Shown here in pieces: positions 9,001-17,126 of a stretch of 58,253 nt of DNA. The stretch lies in IMG/VR virus record IMGVR_UViG_3300037465_000242, positions 1 to 58,253 of that record. One strand, written 5' to 3'. The notes beneath the pieces are model-generated. The model was not told where the DNA came from and did not search any database. It saw only the letters and a program-made list of their open reading frames with translations. Every line of letters begins with the position of its first letter. Position 1 is the stretch's first letter. The position numbers were made by a program, and so were the translations under genes. The DNA is from a virus. Lineage: Duplodnaviria; Caudoviricetes.

Positions 9001-10769
9001 TCGTCGACGTCGACCGCGCGCGCTCGCAGCCGTACCTCGCGCGCCAGGCGATCGACATCGCTGCGAGGGCTCGGGTGCTCCAGAAGACCGCCATCGTGCC
9101 GACCTCGGGGCCGGCGGGCGCGCCGCTCGCGCTCGTCGGCTCGTCGCCCGGGAAGGTCGAGGCCGCGCGCGGCGAGCCCTTCGTGGGCCAGGCGGGCGAG
9201 ACGCTTAACGAGCTCTACCTCCGGCCGCTCGGCCTCGAGCGCTCCCGCGTCGTGGTCACGAACGCCGTGCCGATCCTGCTCGTCGACGAGGCCGGCGCGG
9301 CGCGCGAGCCGACCGACGAGGAGATCGATCGCTGGCGCGGATGGCTCGAGGGCGAGCTGGATCGTCTCAAGCCCCGGGTCGTCGTGGCGCTTGGGCAGGT
9401 GGCGCGACGAGCCCTTGGAGGCAAAGTCGTCGCCGTGCTCCCGCACCCGGCCGCGGTGCGCAGGTTCGGCGACTCCGGCGAGGTCGAGCGCAAGCTGCGC
9501 CGCATCAGGGAGGCGATCGGGCTCGCCAAGGGCGAGCGCGTCGGTGTGCGCAAGCAGCCGCCGCGCGGCGAGGGCGGCGAGGAGACGCGGGGCCGTCGCG
9601 CGTTCGACGTCTGGGAGGAGACCTGGCACGAGCAGCTCCCGCGGTCGGGCGCCGGCCGGTTCGTCTACCAAAGACACTGGCGCGGCCTCGACGAGGAGCA
9701 GGCGAAGAGGCTTGGCGACGCCGATCTCCTCGAGACCGATCACAGCGTCCACGGCGACCTCCGCCTCGAGGGCGACGACGAGCTGTGGGGCTGGGCCGTG
9801 TTCGTCGGCTCCGCGGCCGACAACCGGAAGCTCCGCGCCGGCGACAAGCTGCTCGCGATGAGCGAGGGCGCGCTCGGCCAGGACAAGCTGCAGCTCGCGA
9901 ACAAGCTCCCGCAGCCGAAGGCGTGGCTCGACGTCGGCGCCCGCGAGCCGCTCGTCGCGATGCCCGGCGAGGTCGGGGCGACCTCGGAGAAGTGGTCCAA
10001 ATTCTTCGCGGTCGACGAGGGCACCTACCGGCTCGGCGTGGCGCGTCAGCACGCCGTGGAGATTTTCCTTGACGGGAAGCACCTCAAGGGGCGATACCTG
10101 ATCCAGTTCGCGCCCGTAGGCGACAGACGGGTCTGGCTGATCGACAAGCCGGACGACCAGCGGCCGACGGGAGAGACACGCGAGCTCGCCGACCTAATAG
10201 GCGAACTGAGGCGCAAGCGGCAGAAGTTCCTGATCTGGGGCAAGCCCGGAGAGGTCCCGCAGAAGATCGACGTCCGATCCGGCAGGGTCATCAAGTCGGT
10301 CACGGTCCCGCTGCTCAAAGAGCGAACGCTCGAGGACAAGCGGATCGTCTACGGGGTCGTCCTCGACCCGTACGTCGTCGACGCCCACGATGATTGGGTG
10401 CCGCCCGACGTGATCGAGGAGACGGCCCACGGGTGGTTCAAGGGCTCCCGCCTCGTCACGCTGCACCACAAGACCAGCGCCAACGCGAGAGCGGTCGAGA
10501 GCCACGTGGAGGCCTACCCGTCGCGCAGCGACTACGTCAGGGCGAGGCTCGGCGAGTCGCACAGGGCGTGGCGGAGGCAGTACGGCGACGACGTCGTGCA
10601 CTCCGGGGCCTGGATCATCGGCGTGCAGCTCGACGACGACCTGTGGGAAGCCTACAAGCGGGACGAGATCGCGGCGTTCAGCATCGAGGGCTTCGGCATG
10701 AGGACCCCGACGACGCGCAAGTCGATGCCGCAGGTGACGTTCGCAGACCTCATCGAAGTCCGGCGCTGA
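6072..10769 (+). CDS. multidomain head protein: Pol-beta-type NTase + His-rich repeats + SAM methyltransferase + ATP-dependent ligase + UDG-like + LigD-type 3'-phosphoesterase + XkdF-like prohead protease
   Basis: VVGSTAKG..EPEDVDV (~6950-7005); repeated DGxHxH (~7240-7530); VDLGCG..GID..HVLEHL..RVLRPGG (~7660-8080); EPKHNGFR, FDL, EGLVAK, WSKLK (~8105-9075); GSSPG..E..GEPFVG.AG, TNAV, HPA (~9090-9520); FVYQRH..HGDLRLE (~9650-10150); KRIVYGVVLDP..DAHDD..VES..GAW..FSIEG (~10300-10720). Confidence 0.8.
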   Translation: MNKPTTWIAKKLTDADRREIERETAEIRERRKTPEARRPHKFETAEWTHPNGHPRCVICGDEEPMGDTCYVEKDQLDADALATSMPDVEDVVARMVELERRGLSRQAARARIRAELKLEGASREDATELVARAERVEKARPMSREYLEEAWTIARKLLPPWAWAQIHSQALPRSGVRAARAAREDSPSLFEKIALVDVRPSKLRELPEDELRLAWLRLHQWYANAKRAKRPVEDFVNAALWTMDEMGRRGLDVERDDDLVRAIEDLRGKRASVDVFAKLNSLPRDLVVVRDFVSVVGSTAKGNKEPEDVDVLLRAPWDRQAGSIAIQAENVWLPLRNALDPDKAGKLHWIDNPQGAHGDYVPLYDLVLRRRDKIAVEVVKGFPNSTAEVGVHVHNLEREASRTKEDGAHAHLYILPDGRRIWTEADGAHSHALGSPTADIVGQGGAHRHRVVVDGEELWTEEDGAHAHQLQVWSSAFDGIHSHKLKLRSGETIENLMPGAYWEHEGRPAQGGSPPAPPAPELARLVKAGPLRVDLGCGDAKSEGYFGIDKRKLPGVDQIADLEQGIPLDDATVDEVRAHHVLEHLADKERIMAEIHRVLRPGGRLVLEVPSTKGEGAFAHPDHKSWWNKSSFAFWSQDELRGDRPKFEVEELEEEIRGDLAYVRAVLRKPAVDPIAKAVRPFGDFTPPKPAVPLRTELFEVDELWEWAEERLPVYVEPKHNGFRAILEKQGDRVRLRFEGARDDVIERFPGLREAARKIAGDFVLDLDAGIERGGKRLPRPELARLNAESPKLGPDEKPVLTAFDLPHKGSDLSGESFAERREVLEAFFEGELKSSGLFKLSPVRRVGSRAELEEAARWAFDQDRSEGLVAKSARGLYETDGGTNEWSKLKRVAELKVIVLGVQRTADGSFNYRGGLLLGDLDLSNTVELEGRAYVDLGKTFNTKIVASEGDVLTVEILELIPDEREKTLAWLGPTVVDVDRARSQPYLARQAIDIAARARVLQKTAIVPTSGPAGAPLALVGSSPGKVEAARGEPFVGQAGETLNELYLRPLGLERSRVVVTNAVPILLVDEAGAAREPTDEEIDRWRGWLEGELDRLKPRVVVALGQVARRALGGKVVAVLPHPAAVRRFGDSGEVERKLRRIREAIGLAKGERVGVRKQPPRGEGGEETRGRRAFDVWEETWHEQLPRSGAGRFVYQRHWRGLDEEQAKRLGDADLLETDHSVHGDLRLEGDDELWGWAVFVGSAADNRKLRAGDKLLAMSEGALGQDKLQLANKLPQPKAWLDVGAREPLVAMPGEVGATSEKWSKFFAVDEGTYRLGVARQHAVEIFLDGKHLKGRYLIQFAPVGDRRVWLIDKPDDQRPTGETRELADLIGELRRKRQKFLIWGKPGEVPQKIDVRSGRVIKSVTVPLLKERTLEDKRIVYGVVLDPYVVDAHDDWVPPDVIEETAHGWFKGSRLVTLHHKTSANARAVESHVEAYPSRSDYVRARLGESHRAWRRQYGDDVVHSGAWIIGVQLDDDLWEAYKRDEIAAFSIEGFGMRTPTTRKSMPQVTFADLIEVRR

Positions 10770-10840
10770 GCCGTCTTCTCAGCAAGCAAGTTTCGACTCA
10801 AAAGAAAGCGCGCGGCCGTTGGCGCGCACAGGAGCACGAC

Positions 10841-11665
10841 GTGGCGAAGGACGCCATCAATGTTTTGACCAACCTCGACACGCTGGGCGTGAGCCTGGTG
10901 CGCCGGGGCGCGAACAAGAGGAAGTTCGCGATCACGAAGTCGGAGGAAGTCATGGACGAGAAGGACATCGAGTTGCTGTCGACCGTGCTCAAGGAGGCGG
11001 GCTACGACGGCGAAGAGAAGCTGGCCGAGGCGATCGCCAAGCAACAGCTCGGCGAGAAGGAGCAGAACGCGATCAAGGGCGCGCTGCGCATCCTCAACGC
11101 CTTCCGCGACAACGCGGAGATCAAGAAGCTCGCCGACATGCTCGCGGCGGCCGTCGGCTACCCGCCACCCAACGGCGGCTACCCGGCCCCGAAGATGCCG
11201 GACGATGCCAAGAAGCCCTCCTACCCGACGCCGATGGCGAAGGCGATCGAGGGTCTTCCCAGCGAGCAGCGCGCCGCCATGGAGCCCGTGCTCAAGGCGA
11301 TCTACGAGTCCGTCGAAGCGTCCGCCGTCGAGCGCATCCAGAAGGCCGAGGAGCGCGCGGCCAAGACGGAGGAGATCCTCAAGGCCGAGCGCGACGAGCG
11401 CCTCCGCAAGGAGTTCGTCGCCAAGGCCGTCGCCGAGTACGACAAGGTGCCCGGCAAGCCCGAGGAGCTCGGGCTCGTCCTCAAGTCGCTCCACGACGTC
11501 GACCCCGGCCTTTGCAAGAAGGTCGAGGCCGTCCTCAAGTCGACGCAGGCCGTGCTCAAGGAAAGCGCGCTCTTCGTCGAGAAGGGCCGATCGGGCGAGA
11601 GCGTCAACGACAACGATCCCTGGGCGCAGATCCAGAAGGCCGCCGACTCGGCGGCCGCCCAGTAA
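10841..11665 (+). CDS. capsid scaffolding protein
   Basis: GTG 10841 after AGGAG; helical and K/E/A-rich; sits between the protease and capsid genes. Confidence 0.7.
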   Translation: MAKDAINVLTNLDTLGVSLVRRGANKRKFAITKSEEVMDEKDIELLSTVLKEAGYDGEEKLAEAIAKQQLGEKEQNAIKGALRILNAFRDNAEIKKLADMLAAAVGYPPPNGGYPAPKMPDDAKKPSYPTPMAKAIEGLPSEQRAAMEPVLKAIYESVEASAVERIQKAEERAAKTEEILKAERDERLRKEFVAKAVAEYDKVPGKPEELGLVLKSLHDVDPGLCKKVEAVLKSTQAVLKESALFVEKGRSGESVNDNDPWAQIQKAADSAAAQ

Positions 11666-11677
11666 GGAGAAGCAACC

Positions 11678-12049
11678 ATGGCTTACGAGGTACCCCTTCA
11701 CCGCCCGCCCGTCGGACTCGCCGCGGCGGATCTGTCCACGCACCAGTTCAAGTTCGCGAAGGTCACCGGCGCCAACGCCGTGAACATCGCGACCGCCGGC
11801 ACCGACGTGGTGATCGGCGTCATCCAGAACAAGCCGACCTCCGGCCAGGCGGTCGAGGTCGAGACGCAAGGCACGACGAAGGTTGTGGCGGGCGCCGCCA
11901 TCTCGGCCGGCGCCGCGGTCATGCCGGACGCTTCGGGCCGCGCCGTCACGGCGACGTCGACCAACAAGATCCAAGGCGTCGCGCTCGAGGCCGCGGGCGG
12001 CGCCGGGGAACTCGTGACCGTGCTGCTGCGGGCCATGGGCACGCTGTAA
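11678..12049 (+). CDS. capsid decoration/cement protein (DUF2190-like)
   Basis: 123 aa, Gly/Ala/Val-rich; V.AGAAI.AG..V..DASGRAV and GVALEAA. Confidence 0.75.
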   Translation: MAYEVPLHRPPVGLAAADLSTHQFKFAKVTGANAVNIATAGTDVVIGVIQNKPTSGQAVEVETQGTTKVVAGAAISAGAAVMPDASGRAVTATSTNKIQGVALEAAGGAGELVTVLLRAMGTL

Positions 12050-12073
12050 GGCGAAAGGAACAGGAGAACGACC

Positions 12074-13231
12074 ATGATCCATCCCATCAAGAAGTCTTAC
12101 GCACCCTGGGTGCGCGGCGCCCCTGGCGCCCTCCGCCAGATCATGAAGGCGGAGCAGATCTCCGAGTTCATGCGGACGGAGAAGGGCGTCGAGCTGTACA
12201 AGGCGTATCTCGCTCAGCACCCGGAGCAGGTCTACGCGGGCGCGGCGCCGAGCGCCATCGCGAAGGGTCAGCCGACCCCGAGCGACGTCCACGTGAACCA
12301 GCCGCTGTCGATGATCTCGATCGCGTTCTTGCAGGACCTGAACGAGTTCATCGCGGACAAGGTGTTCCCGAACATCCCGGTGCAGAAGCAGAGCGACCGC
12401 TACTACTTCTATCCCCGGGGCAACTGGTTCCGCTCGCAGGCGAAGGAGCGCGCGCCGGCGACGGAGTCGGCAGGGTCCGGCTACGACATCGACTCGACGC
12501 CGACCTACGTCGCGAAGCCGATCGCGCTGCACAAGGACGTGGACGATCAACTCAGGTCGAACGCCGACCCGATGATCGACCTCGACCGCGACGCGACCGA
12601 GTTCGTGACGCGCCAGCTCGCGCTCAAGCGTGAGAAGGACTGGGCGGCTCGGTTCTTCGCGACCGGCGTGTGGACCGGCTCGACCACGGGCGGCGACATC
12701 ACGCCGGCCACCCTCTGGTCGGCGCCGGGCTCGACGCCGATCGAGGACATCCGGGCGCAGAAGTCGAGCATCAAGACCAAGACGGGCTTCAAGCCGAACA
12801 CGCTCGTGCTCGGGAACAAGGTGTGGGACGTGCTCCAGGATCACCCGGAGTTCACCGACCGCATCAAGTACACCGAGCGCGGCATCGTCGGCCTGGACCT
12901 GATCGCGGCGGTGCTCGAGCTCGACCAGGTGCTCGTCGCCACGGCGGTCGAGAACACCGCGGCCGAGGGCTTGGCGGAGTCGATGTCGTTCGTGCTCGAC
13001 AGCAAGGACGCGCTGCTCTGCTACTCGAACCCGCGCCCGAGCCTGATGACCCCCTCGGCGGGGTACATCTTCTCGTGGGCGGGCTACCTCGGCGCAGGCC
13101 CCGCGGGCCAGCGTATGAGCCGGTTCCGCATGCAGCAGCTGCGCGCGGACCGGGTCGAGGGCGAGATGGCCTACGACATGAAGGTCGTCGCCCCCGAGAT
13201 GGGCGCGTTCTTCAACAACGCGGTTGCGTGA
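12074..13231 (+). CDS. major capsid protein with N-terminal extension
   Basis: Strong AGGAG RBS; PTPSDVHV..PL..ISIA, FIADKVFP.IPV.KQSD.YY; size and position. Confidence 0.85.
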   Translation: MIHPIKKSYAPWVRGAPGALRQIMKAEQISEFMRTEKGVELYKAYLAQHPEQVYAGAAPSAIAKGQPTPSDVHVNQPLSMISIAFLQDLNEFIADKVFPNIPVQKQSDRYYFYPRGNWFRSQAKERAPATESAGSGYDIDSTPTYVAKPIALHKDVDDQLRSNADPMIDLDRDATEFVTRQLALKREKDWAARFFATGVWTGSTTGGDITPATLWSAPGSTPIEDIRAQKSSIKTKTGFKPNTLVLGNKVWDVLQDHPEFTDRIKYTERGIVGLDLIAAVLELDQVLVATAVENTAAEGLAESMSFVLDSKDALLCYSNPRPSLMTPSAGYIFSWAGYLGAGPAGQRMSRFRMQQLRADRVEGEMAYDMKVVAPEMGAFFNNAVA

Positions 13232-13258
13232 GCCGCCGCGTAGCTCTAGGAAAGGGTC

Positions 13259-13669
13259 ATGCCCTACATAGCGCTCAAGACGTTTGACGCCCCGGGCGGC
13301 GGGAAGCGCCGCCCGGGCGACGTCGTCCCGGAAGCCGAGACCTGGCGCAACCCGCAAGCCTGGATCGGCTCTCACCACGTCAAGTGGGTCTCCGACGACG
13401 AGATCGAGAACGGCCGCTGGCGCCATTACGAGGCGTTCGCTGGAGGCCGCGCCGTCGCTCCGTCGGCGGTCGCAGCCGCCCCCGCGAAGCCTGCGGCCAA
13501 GCCGGCGATCGCTCCGGCGCCTCCGCTCGAGCAGCCGAAGCTCACCAAGCGCGACCTGTCGACGAAGACCAAGGACGAGCTAATCGAGATCGCCGAGGGT
13601 CTCGGGGTCTCGGTGGACCCGTCGATGCTGAAGTCGGAGATCATCGGGGCGATCCTCGACGCCGGCTAA
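13259..13669 (+). CDS. protein with C-terminal Rho-N/HeH-like helical domain
   Basis: LSTKTKDELIEIAEGLGV...LKSEIIGAIL after a Pro/Ala linker. Confidence 0.6.
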   Translation: MPYIALKTFDAPGGGKRRPGDVVPEAETWRNPQAWIGSHHVKWVSDDEIENGRWRHYEAFAGGRAVAPSAVAAAPAKPAAKPAIAPAPPLEQPKLTKRDLSTKTKDELIEIAEGLGVSVDPSMLKSEIIGAILDAG

Positions 13670-13690
13670 CCGCTCCTCGCGGAGGTCGCG

Positions 13691-14137
13691 ATGGCCTGGA
13701 CCTACGACGTAACCCAGCTCGCGACCTCCTCGCTGTTTCAGGTCCGCTTCTACTGCGGCGACACGGACTCGACGCGGCAGCTCGTGCAGGATGAGGAGAT
13801 CGAGTTCGTCCTGCTCTCGCAGCCGAGCTCGCCCCTGGCAGCCGCGATCGTCTGCGACGCCGTCGCCGCGAAGCTCTCGCAGGAGGCCGACGCGCGCGCC
13901 GGCGACCTCTCGGAGTCCTCGAGCCAGAAGGCCGAGGCGTTCCGGCAGCGCGCCAAGGATCTCCGACAGAACGCCGCCCGCCTCGCCAAGCCGATCTTCG
14001 GCGGGATCACCAAGACCCAGAAAGAAAACCTCGAGCGAGACACCGACCTCGTCCAGCCCTCGTTCAGGATCGGGCAGGACGAGCACCCGGAGCTCCCGTC
14101 GGACCGCGGCGCGCTCTTGCCGTGGTGGAGCAGCTGA
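13691..14137 (+). CDS. head-tail adaptor
   Basis: WTY...VRFYCGDTD...DEEIEF; position after the capsid gene. Confidence 0.7.
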   Translation: MAWTYDVTQLATSSLFQVRFYCGDTDSTRQLVQDEEIEFVLLSQPSSPLAAAIVCDAVAAKLSQEADARAGDLSESSSQKAEAFRQRAKDLRQNAARLAKPIFGGITKTQKENLERDTDLVQPSFRIGQDEHPELPSDRGALLPWWSS

Positions 14138-14634
14138 TGGCCGCGCGCGCTCGCGACATCCGTGGCAGATTCGTAAAGGACGTCGACCGCGGCTGGCGCA
14201 AGATCGCGTCCAAGATGGCGCGGTCGACCGCCGTACGCGCGAAGGTCGGCGTGCAGGCGCCAGAGGCTGAGATCGACAGGGGCGGCGGCCTCACGAACGC
14301 CGGGCTCGCCGCGATCCACGAGTTCGGCTCGCCGCCGAGCTCGATCCCCGAGCGTTCGTTCCTGCGATCGACGTTCGACGAGAAGCAACGAGGTTACCAG
14401 AAGGAGCTCGACCGCATCGCCCGCGCCGGGCTCGATGGCGCCGCGCTCGAGGGCGAGATGACGCTGCTCGGCGAGCAATACCGCGCCGACGCGATCGACA
14501 AGATCCGGTCGGGCATCCCGCCGCCGCTCGCGCCCGCCACGATCGCGCGCAAGGGCGGCGAGGCGACGCCGCTCATCGACACGGGCCAGCTCGTCAACTC
14601 GATCCGCGTCGTCGTGGAGAAGGGCGAGCGATGA
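14137..14634 (+). CDS. neck / virion morphogenesis protein
   Basis: AAIHEFG..IPERSFLRST, PPLAPATIARKG..PLIDTGQL; TGATG coupling to the previous gene. Confidence 0.75.
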   Translation: MAARARDIRGRFVKDVDRGWRKIASKMARSTAVRAKVGVQAPEAEIDRGGGLTNAGLAAIHEFGSPPSSIPERSFLRSTFDEKQRGYQKELDRIARAGLDGAALEGEMTLLGEQYRADAIDKIRSGIPPPLAPATIARKGGEATPLIDTGQLVNSIRVVVEKGER

Positions 14635-14993
14635 GGACCATCGACGCCCGCCGCATCCTGCCGCGCTTCCGCACGGCGATCACTGTTAAGCGCAAGGCCG
14701 CCGGCACGTACACAAAGGGCCTCTACACGCCAGCTCCGACCGAGACCACGATCGCGATCGCAAACGCCTCGGTCCAGCCGCTCGACGCCGAGGAGATGCT
14801 CCTGCTCCCCGAGGGCATCCGCACCCGCCAGGCCATCAAGGTCTACTCCCCCGAGCTTCTGCGCACCGCCGACGCGAACGAGGAGGCCGATCGCGTCGTC
14901 TACCTCGGCGAGATGTTCGAGGTGCACTCGGTCGAGGACTGGGACGATCACGGCCGCTTTTGGAAGGCCACCTGCGTCAAGGCGGGCCAATAG
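14631..14993 (+). CDS. head-closure protein (putative)
   Basis: ASVQPL...LLPEGIRT..AIKVYS; neck-region gene order. Confidence 0.6.
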   Translation: MRTIDARRILPRFRTAITVKRKAAGTYTKGLYTPAPTETTIAIANASVQPLDAEEMLLLPEGIRTRQAIKVYSPELLRTADANEEADRVVYLGEMFEVHSVEDWDDHGRFWKATCVKAGQ

Positions 14994-15608
14994 ATGCCGG
15001 TCGCGAGCCCCATAGCGTGGACGACGATCCACGACGCGCTCCACGACTGGCTCTCTGGCGCTCTCGGGATCGCGACGATCTGGGCCGAGCAGGACGCCGA
15101 GCAGCCGCCCTACCCCTTCGCGGTGCTGAACATCGTCGCCGGGCCGACGAAGGTCGCCGGGCAGGACGAGCAGCGCATCACGTTCGACGGCGGGCAGCCC
15201 GCGGGCGAGGAGGTCGGCATCGAGGTGGCGGGCCTGCGCGAGATCACGGTCTCGTGCCAGGTGCTCGCGGCCGCGTCCTCGACGACCGCGCCGCAGGACC
15301 AGTCGCGCGTCGCGCGCGATCTCCTCTCGCGCGCGCAGTCGAGCCTCGTGCTGCCGACGGTCATCGAGGCCTTGCGCGTCGCGGGACTGGCCGTGATAGA
15401 AGAGGGCGCGGTGCAGAACGTGAGCGAGGTCGTCGAGGACAGCTGGATCGGGCGCGCGTCGATGGACGTGCGCTTCTGGGTCGCGGCGAGCATCGAGGAG
15501 CGGACCGGCTACATCAAGGACGTCGAGGTCGAGCACACGTACGACAAACCGGACGGGACGGAGGTCGACGCCGACCTCCGACAGACGTTCATCGTCGAGG
15601 GTCCGTGA
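14994..15608 (+). CDS. tail terminator/completion protein (putative)
   Basis: IWAEQ...PPYPF; immediately upstream of the sheath gene. Confidence 0.6.
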   Translation: MPVASPIAWTTIHDALHDWLSGALGIATIWAEQDAEQPPYPFAVLNIVAGPTKVAGQDEQRITFDGGQPAGEEVGIEVAGLREITVSCQVLAAASSTTAPQDQSRVARDLLSRAQSSLVLPTVIEALRVAGLAVIEEGAVQNVSEVVEDSWIGRASMDVRFWVAASIEERTGYIKDVEVEHTYDKPDGTEVDADLRQTFIVEGP

Positions 15609-15625
15609 CGGAGGCATAGAGAGCG

Positions 15626-17110
15626 ATGGCACTCAGCGACATTGTCCAGGTTACGATCACGCGCGAGACCGCGTCGGTCGCCCGCGCGGGCTTCGGGGTG
15701 CCATGCATCCTGGCGTCGTTCTCGACGACGCACTTCGGCGAGCGGGCGCGGGTCTACGACGACCTCGACGGCCTCGACGCCGACGGCTTCGGCCCCCAAC
15801 ATTTCGTGCACAAGGCCGCGACCGCGATCCTTGCCCAGAACCCCAAGGTCTCGCAGATCGTCGTCGGCCGTCGCGCGCTCTTCGCCGACCGCAAGGTTCG
15901 GCTCACGCCCGTCGCGTCGCCGCCGGCGAACACGCTCTACCGCGTGCTCGTGAACGACCAGCACGCCGACTTCACCACCGACGCCTCGCCGACGATCGCC
16001 GAGATCACGGCCGGGCTTACCTCGGCGATCAACGCGCTAATGCCCTCGGCCTGGGCGGCCCTGACCTCCTACGCGGTCGGCGACCGACGCAAGAACGGCG
16101 GCAACATCTACCGCGCGATCGTCGCGGGCACTTCGGCCGCCTCGGGCGGCCCGAGCGGCACGCGCAACGACATCGTCGACGGGACCGTGACGTGGGAGTA
16201 CATCGGCCCGACGGTTACGGCGACCGACAACGCAACCAACGTCCTCGTCGACCAGGACACGGCGGGCGCGCCCTACGTGCTCGAGGTCGAGCGCCGGCAG
16301 CTGCTCACGCAGAAGGACGAGTCGACGGACCCGGGCATCGTCACGGACCTCACGAACGTGCGCACCGCCCTCGACGGCAACGACGCCTGGTACACCCTCG
16401 TCACCGATGCGCACAGCGAGGCCGAGATCGCCGCGCTCGCCGGCAACGTCGAGACACTGCGCAAGCTCTTCCTCTGCTCGAGCGCGGACGACGAGGTGCT
16501 CACCGCGGTCACGACTGACATCGCGAGCGACCTCGAGGCCGCCAACTACGCGCGCACGGCGCTGTTCTGGCACGAGAGGACAGCGACCTTCCCCGAGGCC
16601 GCGTGGGGCGGCAAGGTGCTGCCGCTCGATCCCGGCTCCGAGACGTGGAAGTTCAAGACGCTCGCGGGCATCGTCGCGTCGACGCTCGACCCGACCAACA
16701 CCACGAACCTCGACAACAAGAACGCGAACCACTACCAGACAGTCGCGGGCGTCGACATCACGGCCGAGGGCACGACCGCTTCCGGCGAGTTCATCGACGT
16801 GACGCGCTTTGTCGACTCGCTCCAAGCCGACATCGAGGAGCACGTCTTCGCGCGCCTCGCGGCGTCGGCCAAGATCCCGTTCACCGACGCGGGGATCGCG
16901 ATCATCGAGAACGAGCTGCGCGGCTCGCTCCTCCGCGGCATCACGTCGGGCGGGCTCGCCGCCGATCCCGCGCCCACCGTCACGGTGCCCCGCGCGGCCG
17001 ACGTCGACCCGCTCGACAAGGCGGATCGCATCCTGCGCGACGTGCTCTTCACGGCGGTGCTCGCCGGCGCGATCCACAAGCTGGTCATCAACGGCCGCCT
17101 GACGGTCTGA
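15626..17110 (+). CDS. tail sheath protein (DUF3383-like) with inserted ~52-aa module
   Basis: MALSDIVQVTI, PGSETWKFKTLAG, GEFIDV, KIPFTDAGI, LAGAIH. Confidence 0.9.
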   Translation: MALSDIVQVTITRETASVARAGFGVPCILASFSTTHFGERARVYDDLDGLDADGFGPQHFVHKAATAILAQNPKVSQIVVGRRALFADRKVRLTPVASPPANTLYRVLVNDQHADFTTDASPTIAEITAGLTSAINALMPSAWAALTSYAVGDRRKNGGNIYRAIVAGTSAASGGPSGTRNDIVDGTVTWEYIGPTVTATDNATNVLVDQDTAGAPYVLEVERRQLLTQKDESTDPGIVTDLTNVRTALDGNDAWYTLVTDAHSEAEIAALAGNVETLRKLFLCSSADDEVLTAVTTDIASDLEAANYARTALFWHERTATFPEAAWGGKVLPLDPGSETWKFKTLAGIVASTLDPTNTTNLDNKNANHYQTVAGVDITAEGTTASGEFIDVTRFVDSLQADIEEHVFARLAASAKIPFTDAGIAIIENELRGSLLRGITSGGLAADPAPTVTVPRAADVDPLDKADRILRDVLFTAVLAGAIHKLVINGRLTV

Positions 17111-17126
17111 TAGGAGAGGCGCAACC

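Noticed and set aside
10394-10840. Upstream extensions of several ORF-track calls (e.g. 10394, 17447, 43050, 52321, 53519, 54595)
   Set aside because: They overlap real upstream genes; starts were reassigned to RBS-supported or stop-coupled codons
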